A DNA stretch of 60,440 bases, the filler included, from an uncultured virus (IMG/VR IMGVR_UViG_2124908030_000016) (taxonomy: Duplodnaviria > Heunggongvirae > Uroviricota > Caudoviricetes). It is 12 parts of one record of this genome, joined end to end, with 100 filler letters (N's around TTAATTAATTAA, not from the genome) between each part and the next. Parts side by side here need not be neighbours in the genome. Positions count along the whole stretch, not along the records: positions 27,297 to 34,428 come from IMGVR_UViG_2124908030_000016; positions 34,529 to 39,982 come from IMGVR_UViG_2124908030_000016; positions 40,083 to 42,212 come from IMGVR_UViG_2124908030_000016; 9 more parts are not named here. One strand, given 5' to 3'. The notes beneath the pieces are model-generated. The model did no database searches and had not been told where the DNA came from. It worked only from the letters and a program-made list of their open reading frames with translations. Below, piece by piece: positions 31,476-40,809 of the stretch. A program made the translations under genes and the position numbers. Position 1 is the first letter of the stretch, and every line of letters starts with the position of its first letter.

Positions 31476-32310
31476 ACTAGACTTCGCAGAACGAATCGAC
31501 ACACGGGAACTGTCGTTCAACACGACACAGGAGTTCAAACCTGTTGTCACAGTCGACAGAACACATCTCCCAGTCGCACTTCGTCACGGAATGGAACTGT
31601 ACTGGGACGACTCGTCACCGAAAAAGCGACTTGACGATCGTGGAACCTCTCAGTTCACACGATTCGTCAACGCACGCGTCGAAGGGAAGATCGCCGAGGT
31701 GGCGTTTTCGATTTTCCTGTTCCGGTACTTCGGTATCGACAGTCAGGTTGACTGGCGGATCTACGGGGACTATGAGGTCACCGACGACGGTGATCTCCAG
31801 TACATCGTCGGTGAAGACGGAGAGCAGTACAAGCTCGCGACCGACCTGGACGTCAAGAAGACCAAGCCGTACAATCAGTGGCTCGCGATCCGCGAGGAGA
31901 TCTTCGAGAACAAACTCGATGACGATGCTCCAATAGTCCTGGCAAAACACCAGATCAAAAACGACCTCGATGTCGACGACTGGGCAAATTCCACTGACTG
32001 GAACGACGTCGACGACGATGATGAGTTCCGTGATCGGCTTCTGGAATTCGCCGACGAAGCGTTCCCGGTTCGCGTGACCTTCACCGGAACAGCGTATAAA
32101 GACGAATTCACAGACCGCATCGCACAGGGCGAGCGCCTGTACGACCCAGACGCTGGCTCATCTATCGGCCCACCGATGAAACGGGACAACCGCGGGATCC
32201 ACGTGTCTGACCTCCGAAATACAGTACCCCGCTGGAACCGAATCGTCGAGGACGTCGTCGGTGACAACCCTATCGACTGGCGTCCGATCCCCGTCGTTGA
32301 TAAAGTCTGA
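31468..32310 (+). CDS. PD-(D/E)XK restriction-endonuclease-like protein
   Basis: EGKIAEVAF...TDDGDL...DLDVKKTK...WL. Confidence 0.6.
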   Translation: MTELDFAERIDTRELSFNTTQEFKPVVTVDRTHLPVALRHGMELYWDDSSPKKRLDDRGTSQFTRFVNARVEGKIAEVAFSIFLFRYFGIDSQVDWRIYGDYEVTDDGDLQYIVGEDGEQYKLATDLDVKKTKPYNQWLAIREEIFENKLDDDAPIVLAKHQIKNDLDVDDWANSTDWNDVDDDDEFRDRLLEFADEAFPVRVTFTGTAYKDEFTDRIAQGERLYDPDAGSSIGPPMKRDNRGIHVSDLRNTVPRWNRIVEDVVGDNPIDWRPIPVVDKV

Positions 32311-32434
32311 TAGGTCGGGAAAGCTCATTCCCCTCACTATACAATACGCTATTCGTAGCGAAGACGCTGCTGTCTTTCGTTTAACGAATAAACTTCGCGT
32401 AAGAATTACGTGTGTGTCTCTGGTACAGTAGTTG

Positions 32435-32677
32435 ATGACTAAATACGATGGGAGTTGGGTTCGCGATGAGCTCCCAGCGTTTCTCGATGTCGACCTCGAG
32501 GAGTTTCGAGACGAGGAGGGGAATACGGTCGTTCAGGTCTCCGGGCAACACCGCGGAGAAACGTACTCATTCGAGTACGTTCCGAATATTGACGGTTCTC
32601 TTCCCGAGGAACTCCAGCGAACGGAGCTCAGACGGCTCCTCAGTGAGATGATAAATGCCGTGATGAGGGAGAGCTGA
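32435..32677 (+). CDS. Hypothetical protein
   Basis: Promoter dyad at 32410; TGATG coupling to the next gene. Confidence 0.6.
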   Translation: MTKYDGSWVRDELPAFLDVDLEEFRDEEGNTVVQVSGQHRGETYSFEYVPNIDGSLPEELQRTELRRLLSEMINAVMRES

Positions 32678-34428
32678 TGGCAATCGACTCAGGCCCACCG
32701 GGAAGCGTCTCTGGTGAGGATCCGTATCTCCTTCACGATAACGTAGCCCACGACCTGGTCAACTACGTTCGGTCGAACACCATCAGGAACGAGCAACAGT
32801 TTCTCCTGACGTCACTGGGGTATCTGACGGGCTTCTTCCGTGACCCACATCACTTCGTCTCCGGTGTGTTGATTGGGACGTCGTCTTCGGGGAAGACCCA
32901 CCTCAGCGATCAGATCGAGAACCTGTTCGACCCCGATTGGCTGTATCAGACGACGTCTGGGTCGGCGAAGTCGATGATCTACGACAAAGAGTGGGACACC
33001 TGTGACATCGCCAGTCTGGACGAGCTCCAGAAGCCACCGATGGAGTTGATCGAGTTCCTCAAGTCGGTTCACGGTGGTGACGAGGAGTTCGTCCACAAGG
33101 TCACACAGGGGTCTGTCCGAGACGGCTTCGAGACCGAGGAGATCGTCCGGAAGGCAAAGCCGTACTGGTTCCTCTACGCTCAGTGGGACGCGGACTTCGA
33201 GATGTGGAACCGGCTGCTCAAGATCCCGGTTCACGAATCGGAGTCGAAGAATCGTGCGGTGTTCCGGATGGCCTTCGACGAGGACCACATCAAACTCGAA
33301 GGGGACGAAAACCAGTACGGATTCGACTTTTCCCACGGAGTCGACGCGATCCGTCAGCACTTCGTCGAGATCCGTCAAGACGCTCCAGATACAGTGATTC
33401 TCCCGAACAACACCGACCAGTACGATTTCAAAGTCGGAGACATCGTCGAGCCGATTTTCAATCACTCGCGCTCGGAAGCCAACCGGCTGTACTTTATGGT
33501 GGCCAACCTCATCCGTGCGTCGGCGTTGCTCAACTATCATCATCGAGACACAGTCACGGCCGAGCTCGGGTACGACGATGGTCCCGTCGAGGCGTTGGTC
33601 GCCGAACCACAGGACGTCGCGAACGTCCTGATGTGCCGGCACGCCTTGCTCGCGTCGACTCACGAGATCGATCGAAAGAAACGGATGATCTGTGAAGCAA
33701 TCAAAGACAAGGGGGGCAACGCAAAGGTCGTCGACGGACTCGACCCGATTCTGGATTTCCTCCGTGAAGCCGACGCACCGGTAGTCAAGAAAAACGAACT
33801 CGAGAACATCCTTGAAGACCTCGAACAGAACCACCTGGTCAAGATTCACGACGACGCGGGAACGGACGGTGACGAGTACGAGTTCCTCGAGTGGGACCAG
33901 CTCGGGAAGGCGAATGTCGAAGAGTTCGAGGATCTCTTTGCCGACTGCACCGACCCGTTCACCGACACAGAGTTCATCGACTCCTGGCGCAAAATGCGAG
34001 AAGCGATGGACACGACTGCCCAGGATCTACTGGGGAAAGCGAGTGTCAGTTCCAACAGCGAGTCAAGTGTGTCGACAAATGATGACGGAAATGCAGGCCT
34101 CGGTTCGTTTGGAGCTGGTGGTGCTGGCGAAGACTACGACCTCGACCGCACAGAACGAGAGGTGCTTCGCTACGTCGGCGCCGTGGTCGACGGCGAGCGC
34201 ATCGAGAACCTGGCTGACGTCCCCGTAGAAGCGTTCCTCGGGATCGAACCCCTGGATGGAGAGGGGAAGACACACTCCGCTGATAACACGCTCTTAGACC
34301 CGACACACGAGGTCTGGCAACGACCAGAGTCTCTAATGGTCGATGCGAGCGCAATGCCATCGACTCAAAAGCAAGCGAGACGGAAAATCAAACAGACCAT
34401 CGATAGTCTGATCGAAAAAGGCCTGATC
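32677..34428 (+). CDS. AAA+ ATPase, putative replicative helicase (MCM/primase-associated type), 3' truncated
   Basis: Walker A GTSSSGKT, Walker B ASLDE, EMWNR arginine finger, SEANR. Confidence 0.7.
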
Positions 34429-34529
34429 NNNNNNNNNNNNNNNNNNNNNNNNNNNNNNNNNNNNNNNNNNNNTTAATTAATTAANNNNNNNNNNNNNNNN
34501 NNNNNNNNNNNNNNNNNNNNNNNNNNNNG

Positions 34530-35187
34530 AAACACGACGAGTTCTGCTCTGTATCGACGGTAATGAAGCGTTTCGGCTCGTGACGACGCGAAGCAGGAAG
34601 CTGGTATCGACGAAGACCTCTCGAGTCAGACCGGCCGGAGTCGCCAGTACACCGACGCGCAAATTCTCAGTCAACTTCGAGAGTGCCAGCGTCGCAACGA
34701 CAAGGTCACGGTCAAGACACTGAGTGAGGAAGACGACCTCGTCAGTCCAACGACTGTCGTCGACCGCTTTGGATCCTGGCTATCGGCAAAGCAGGAGGCA
34801 GAGATCGACTCCGACGAGCGCGAGGACAATTCCCGACCGCGGGAGTTCACCGACGAGGAGTACAGAGAGGCACTTCGGGAATGCCACCGTCGTCACGGGA
34901 AGTGTACCCAGCGCCTGTTCGACGAGGAAGATGATCTCCCCTCGAGTGGTGCGATCCGCAAGCGGTTCGACTCCTGGAGCAATGCGAAGGAGAGTGCCGG
35001 GCTCAGTTCTGATCTGATGCAGTACACTGACTACGAGGTCCTCGAGATGCTCCAGAGCTGTGCTGAGAAATACGAGAACTGTACGAGTCGTCGCTTCGCA
35101 TCGGACGACGAGTTCTGCTCACCCGAGACGGTAATCCGGCACTTCGGAAGCTGGAGTGACGCGAAGGAGAAAGCAGGGATCAGCTGA
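34530..35187 (+). CDS. Homing-endonuclease-associated repeat protein, at least four (R/H)F(G/D)SW..AK..A repeats (not in ORF track; frameshift near 34580)
   Basis: Manual translation: RFGSWLSAKQEA, RFDSWSNAKESAG, HFGSWSDAKEKAG; stop at 35185-35187. Confidence 0.8.
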
Positions 35188-35236
35188 ATTTCAGTTCGCG
35201 GAACGCTTTTGTGGCGACGACAATAGTCGTTAGTTA

Positions 35237-35695
35237 ATGGTACGTGAGTCACGTACGAACGCAGTCGTGTTTACTGGACTACAGGGTGCAGGCGTCACGA
35301 CGTGTGCTCGGCTCTGTAGTGAGTTCGCCGATGTCGTGTTTGATCCGGGAGATATCGACCGACTCGTTGAACAACGCGGTATGCTGGCCGTGTCTGATGG
35401 GGCACCAGGTCAATCATTCCTCGACGAGCTCGATGACATCTTCGACGACACCCTGGTAATCCGTGTGACCGCCCCGCAGTCCGAACGACGAGATCGCGTT
35501 ATTCGTCGCGAGCTCGACAACTACGCGGGAACCGTCGACACTGGTGAACTCGAGCAAGTCCGTTCAGAGTTCAAGCAACGCGAACAGCGCGAACAAGACG
35601 AGATCACACACCACGTCACGATCGAGAATCCAAACGACCTTCGGACCGCACAGCTTCAGCAGAAACTCAGTGCGCTTTTGACTGTCATTCAATGA
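35237..35695 (+). CDS. NMP-kinase-like P-loop protein
   Basis: FTGLQGAGVTT and VIRVTAP..ERRDR..RR; upstream of thyX. Confidence 0.6.
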   Translation: MVRESRTNAVVFTGLQGAGVTTCARLCSEFADVVFDPGDIDRLVEQRGMLAVSDGAPGQSFLDELDDIFDDTLVIRVTAPQSERRDRVIRRELDNYAGTVDTGELEQVRSEFKQREQREQDEITHHVTIENPNDLRTAQLQQKLSALLTVIQ

Positions 35696-36489
35696 ACGTC
35701 ACAACAGTTCGAGCAACCCCCGATCCCGACCGACTGGTTGCCCAGTGTGCTCGTGGTGACTACACTGTTGATTTCATCGGTGAGACGCCGTATGATCAGC
35801 TCGTCGAGTCGATAACAATCGACGAAGACGACATCGCCCAGGTCGTCGAGATAGACGAGTTAGACTGGACCGAATCAGACGTCGATGTTCCAGAGGATGC
35901 TCCGGAGGAGCTGTGTCTGGATACGAAGACCCACACACTCCTGGAACGGCTTCTCCGCCGTGGACACTGGGGCCCATTCGAACACAGTCAGATCACACTG
36001 GCCGTCGAGGGGATGAGCCGGTCCTGTATGGCTCAACTCACACGTCACCGTCACGCGAGTTTCGACGTCCAGTCGATGCGGTATGTCGACTTCAGCGAAA
36101 AGGAGGCTCTGTTCGTCGACCCGAAGTCGATCACAGATCCCAATCACGCTACCCGAGGCCACGGTAACATCGATCTCGACGACATCGATACCTGGAACGA
36201 CCGGTACAGTGAGCTGACGAGCGACGCAATGTCGTTCTACGGGGGAGCTGTCGATGCTGGTGTCCCCGAAGAAGACGCCAGGTTCGGGCTTCCAATTGGG
36301 ACGACGGTGAACCTTTCAGTCTCGCTCAACGCACGAGCAATAATGCACGTGCTGAACCTCCGGTCGACCGGTGAGGCGCAGTGGGAGATACGTCAGCTCT
36401 CTAAGAACGTCAGAAACGCATTCGCCGACTGGATGCCAATTACAGCCGAGCTCTGGAGCGAGCACGGCCCTGTGCCCGAGTCTCCTTAG
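35692..36489 (+). CDS. thyX: FAD-dependent thymidylate synthase
   Basis: GHWGPFEH, QLTRHRHASFDVQSMRY, EDARF.LP, AQWEIR. Confidence 0.97.
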   Translation: MNVTTVRATPDPDRLVAQCARGDYTVDFIGETPYDQLVESITIDEDDIAQVVEIDELDWTESDVDVPEDAPEELCLDTKTHTLLERLLRRGHWGPFEHSQITLAVEGMSRSCMAQLTRHRHASFDVQSMRYVDFSEKEALFVDPKSITDPNHATRGHGNIDLDDIDTWNDRYSELTSDAMSFYGGAVDAGVPEEDARFGLPIGTTVNLSVSLNARAIMHVLNLRSTGEAQWEIRQLSKNVRNAFADWMPITAELWSEHGPVPESP

Positions 36490-36806
36490 TCGGAGGCTAG
36501 TTCCGGCTTGTACTCCGACTCGTTCTTTAGCTGCCCGATGGTCACGAAGCGACGGTCCATCGAAACGACACAGGAGACACAGCCGTCCTCTTCGAACAGC
36601 GCCACGACATTGTGGTCGTAGTCGTCACTGCTGGTTTTTTGATCGATGAGATTGAAGTCGAGACTCGGGCTCTTGTACGTCACGAACAGTCCCCCATCTT
36701 CCGCGATTGTCATATCTGCTGACTGAAACTCCTGCTCGCACTCGATAAACCACTCGTAGAACTCGAATTTTGACTTCAGCTGCGTGTTTCCCAACCGGTT
36801 ATCCAT
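36486..36806 (-). CDS. Hypothetical protein
   Basis: Lower-GC ORF on the opposite strand. Confidence 0.55.
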   Translation of the reverse strand: MDNRLGNTQLKSKFEFYEWFIECEQEFQSADMTIAEDGGLFVTYKSPSLDFNLIDQKTSSDDYDHNVVALFEEDGCVSCVVSMDRRFVTIGQLKNESEYKPELASD

Positions 36807-37169
36807 ATGAATACTATTATCGTCTTTGATATAACGCTGTCTGTATCACACCGGTTCACCACCCCCATCAATTTATTTCACTGGTTTGCTTAATCGTATA
36901 CACCGATACTGNNNNNNNNNNNNNNNNNNNNACTTTGGCGCGCGTCGGCCGGTGTTCTTCGCGAGAATCGAATATGATAACACCGATAAAAAGGCGATCT
37001 TGTTTTCCGAGGCAACTGCCATCGATATCAGTATCCTCGAGGGTGGATACTGGGATCAGGTGACAATGTCTGAATCAACGGAGGTGATCGATATCTCTAT
37101 TGAGAGTGACCACATCGATGATGCAGGCAAGATCTGGTGTCCGCGAAGCCTGATTACCATCGTCGAACG

Positions 37170-37490
37170 ATGAGTACACCTGGCATCGACGTGTGTCCGT
37201 CGTGCCATTCTGAGGTTTCTCCGGTCGACCACACCAATCGATACGGCCCAGTGAGCACACTCGAGATGTCGTGCTCGTGTGGTGAGCGGTTCAGTATCGT
37301 CGCGATCGACTATCCGGACTGTGATGTCGAGTTCTTTGGACGTACCGACGGCTCGAAATGTGGGGACAACGACTGTTCAGGTACTGCAAAGTACGTCAGA
37401 AACAGGAGTACCGATCCGACTCCCGTGTTCCGGTGTTCTGAGCACATCCGGTTTGTTGATCTACTCGAGTCGTTTACGGACCGATATTGA
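37170..37490 (+). CDS. Zinc-finger protein
   Basis: CPSC, CSCG, C....C and C..H motifs. Confidence 0.6.
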   Translation: MSTPGIDVCPSCHSEVSPVDHTNRYGPVSTLEMSCSCGERFSIVAIDYPDCDVEFFGRTDGSKCGDNDCSGTAKYVRNRSTDPTPVFRCSEHIRFVDLLESFTDRY

Positions 37491-37764
37491 TGGTGAGGTT
37501 TCCATCGCTGTTTGCGTTGAACAGATAGCCGATGATCCCACCGACGATTGCGTGGAGTAGTAGTGGGGTGGTGTACCCCTTGACCACGATCTCAGCCAGG
37601 ACAGAAACAGCATACAGCCCGAGGAGAATGAATGCCATCAGTGTCCGTGCCTTCCTGGGGTCGAGCGAGTCGATCTGTTCTGCACCAGCCCACCCGACGA
37701 ACGTGCCGATGACGAACGAGATAATCGAAACGATGGCGTAATCAGTGAGTGCCTGGCCTATCAT
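37474..37764 (-). CDS. Small three-TM membrane protein (holin-like candidate)
   Basis: Three hydrophobic segments in 96 aa. Confidence 0.55.
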   Translation of the reverse strand: MIGQALTDYAIVSIISFVIGTFVGWAGAEQIDSLDPRKARTLMAFILLGLYAVSVLAEIVVKGYTTPLLLHAIVGGIIGYLFNANSDGNLTINIGP

Positions 37765-37873
37765 CTACTGTTGATCCGTTGTCTCTCTACACTTGTGGCG
37801 CACACAACGCTTTCTCGGGACATCATCCTATCCAACAAAGCGACAACAGCGGAGAGTGGGTTATCTCAGCTCG

Positions 37874-37978
37874 TCAGACAGAGCACGCGCTAAAGCCACA
37901 CGAGGGGCAGTAGGCGCATCCACCTTCTGGTCGAAGTTCGGTACGGCAGTCAGGACAGAGATTGTGTTCGGTCGTCAT
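37874..37978 (-). CDS. NrdJ-type C-terminal zinc ribbon as a separate 34-aa ORF
   Basis: CPDC...EGGCAYCPSCGFSAC. Confidence 0.65.
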   Translation of the reverse strand: MTTEHNLCPDCRTELRPEGGCAYCPSCGFSACSV

Positions 37979-37988
37979 TGGTCGTTGA

Positions 37989-39982
37989 TCACGCTCGCAG
38001 ATTCGTTTCGGTGGGGAGAGCGTCGCGAAGTTGTTCGCTGGCTTCTCCCTCGAGCTCACCGTCCTCGAGTCGTTCCATCAGCTCGTGGACGAGTTCGTCG
38101 TCAGTCAGTTCTTCGTCGAGGTTGTTGTCGACACGCGTTGTTTTGACCTGCTTGTCGCGGGAGCCGTCTCGATAGACGGTCGCACCCTTGATGCCGAGGT
38201 CCAGTGCGAGACGGATTGCCTCGCCCACCGCGTCGACGTCGATGTCGTTCGGGACGTTCAGCGTCTTCGAGATGCCTGAGTGGCAGTGCTTCTGGAACCC
38301 TGCCTGCTGGCGGATGTGTCCCTCGACGCTGATCTCTGGGTCGTGACGAAGATCTCACCCAGACTGTCGGGGACAGCCTCGAGGTCGTCGACGCCGTCGA
38401 ACTCGTTGTTGGACATCAGCGTCTCAGCTTCGCGCTTGACCTCCTCGACGGCGATTCCGTTTGCCACCAGCGTGCGAAGGAAGTAGTCGTCGAACTCCAC
38501 GAGAGCTTCGTCGCCCTGGACGTCGGTTGAGACGTCCTTGAAGAACGCCACGTTGTACAGGGGCTCACAGCCTCCTGTGGTGTCGCCGATCATCGAAGTC
38601 GTACCAGTCGGGGCGATTGTGGTGACGTTGTGATTCCGCATCTCGTACCCATCGGGGAGGAACTTTGCCTCGGCACCTGGACCGTACTGGCTGAACCAGT
38701 CAGGGTACGACTGTGGGTCGGCCCACTTGGACTCCTCGTACTCGGGGAACACCCCGCGTTCCTGTGCGAGCTCGTGGGAGACCTCGACACCGTTCTCGTT
38801 GATCCGGCGCATTATCTCCTTGCCCACGAGATAGCCCTCCTGGCTCTCGTAGCTGACTCCCATCTGGAACAGCATCTGCGCGTATCCCATCAGCCCGAGG
38901 CCGATCTTTCGCTTATTGCCGACCTCACGCTCGATCTGGTCGAGCGGGAATTTCGACATCGTCACGACGTCGTCGAGGAATCGGGCCCCCATTCGACAGG
39001 TTGCATCGAACAGTTCCTGATCGAGCGCCTCGTCCAGATACCCCTGGACGGCCTCCTTGAGCCAGTCACCAGAGAACTCCGGAAGGTCTGACTCGAGGTA
39101 CTTCCCGAATGTCGGTGCCTCGTCATCGACCATTAGCGAGAGGTTGACGTGGCCGAGGTTGCAGGCCTCGTAGTTCTCCAACGGCTGCTCGGCACAGGGG
39201 TTACTTGCGTGGATATAGTGATCGGAATTTTCCACGACATCGAACGAGTGCTTGTCGTTGACTTCGTCCAGATAGAAGAACCCAGGCTCGCCGTTGTTGT
39301 AGGCACCGTCGACGATCAGCTCGAAGACGAACCGGGCCGGGACCTCCAGTGGGTCACCGACCTCGAGGGACATCCGATCGCGGTAGTCGTCGAACTTCTC
39401 CGGACGGGACATTTTCTCTTGATAGTCACGCCAGAAGTTCTCTTCGACGACCGTCCCGTCGAGTCCCATTCCGGGCCGGTCGAACTTCTCGTTCCAGGCG
39501 TCTTCGAAATCCGGACTGTAGAAGTGTGCAGACTCGGGAACGACCTCGAACGCCTCAGGGTTGTCAGTCGGCTCGAAGCCGACTTCGGGGTCGTACAGCG
39601 TGTAGGTATCGTCGCTCTCGACAGCATCGATGAACTCGTCTGTGAGCGCCACCGAGATGTTGAAGTTCGAGAGGTTATCCTCGCCACGCTTGGCCACGCA
39701 GAAACGCCCTATATCCGGGTGCTGGGCGTGCATTATCCCCATCTGGGCGCCACGACGACGGCCTCCCTGCTTGACCGTTGCACAGGTGACGTCGTAGATC
39801 TGCATAAAGGACATCGGACCAGACGAGACACCGCCCGTCGAAGTGACACGCGCGCCCTTCGGTCGGAGATGATGGAACGGGTAGCCGATTCCACCCCCGC
39901 TGTTGTGTGAGCGGACGGTGTTTGCCACGTACTCGTGCTCGTCACTAACGGTGACGTCGTACACCGTAGCAGTACCTTCGTC
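37989..39982 (-). CDS. nrdJ: Class II (adenosylcobalamin-dependent) ribonucleotide reductase, 5' truncated, frameshift near 38335
   Basis: SGGGIG, QGGRRRGAQMG, NPCAEQ, CNLG, TIAPTGT, ISKTLN, KGATVYRDGSR. Confidence 0.93.
39902..39982 (-). mobile_element. Intein C-terminus in NrdJ
   Basis: VYDVTV..EHEYVAN..SHN|S (blocks F and G). Confidence 0.9.
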
Positions 39983-40225
39983 NNNNNNNNNNNNNNNNNN
40001 NNNNNNNNNNNNNNNNNNNNNNNNNNTTAATTAATTAANNNNNNNNNNNNNNNNNNNNNNNNNNNNNNNNNNNNNNNNNNNNCCACGCGTCACCCATCGT
40101 CTGTCGCCGTCCTACGGTCCCATCGGGGCTATGGTCGGTTATGCACAGCCGGTAATCGGCTGAGCAAGCAGGTCGGAACGGGCCTGTGACCGCTACGGAG
40201 GCGGTTAACCCGCCTCCACGTCGCA

Positions 40226-40363
40226 ATGTCAGCCGAGTTTGAACGCGAGCTCAGTGAACTTGTGCGTGAGCACATCAGCGACGGAGAGCCACGAGAGGAA
40301 GTGGCTGAAGCGTTGTTGCGGTACGCTGACCTGGCTCTCGTTCTTGATCTTCACGAGGCGTGA
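40226..40363 (+). CDS. Small hypothetical protein
   Basis: MSAEFERELSELVREHI...; GTGA overlap with the next gene. Confidence 0.55.
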   Translation: MSAEFERELSELVREHISDGEPREEVAEALLRYADLALVLDLHEA

Positions 40364-40779
40364 ACTTCGAACACGTCCAAGGTCTTCTGTTGACTGACGA
40401 TGATTCAGTAATCGAATCGTTCTGTCGGTCGTTCTATGAGCAACAGCTGGAGAACTCGTCTGAGAAGATCAACTTTTACGTTCACGACGAATTCGATATC
40501 GACACCGACGAACTCACGATGGGGCAATTTCGTGATGTGCCTCTCGAGGACTTTGGGGTCACAGAAGACCCCGCGCATAATGGACCCACGTATCAAGTAT
40601 GGGCTGTTGCGCGAACGTACGAGACAGTGTCATACGAGCGCCCTGACCACGTTCTGGGACCGATGATACCCAGCTCGCGTGACCTGACCACCGCAGAGTT
40701 CGTCATCGAGATGTACGCAACCGTCACACCGGTCTTCTCGGAGTCGTTCGGTGAGATAACAGTACGCCACAGTCGATAA
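40360..40779 (+). CDS. Hypothetical protein
   Basis: Acidic 139-aa ORF. Confidence 0.6.
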   Translation: MNFEHVQGLLLTDDDSVIESFCRSFYEQQLENSSEKINFYVHDEFDIDTDELTMGQFRDVPLEDFGVTEDPAHNGPTYQVWAVARTYETVSYERPDHVLGPMIPSSRDLTTAEFVIEMYATVTPVFSESFGEITVRHSR

Positions 40780-40809
40780 GTCTAACTGCGTGAAGTAAGT
40801 ACAGATTAC

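Noticed and set aside
38258..38345. nrdJ pseudogene
   Set aside because: All downstream motifs are intact in the shifted frame; most likely a sequencing error.
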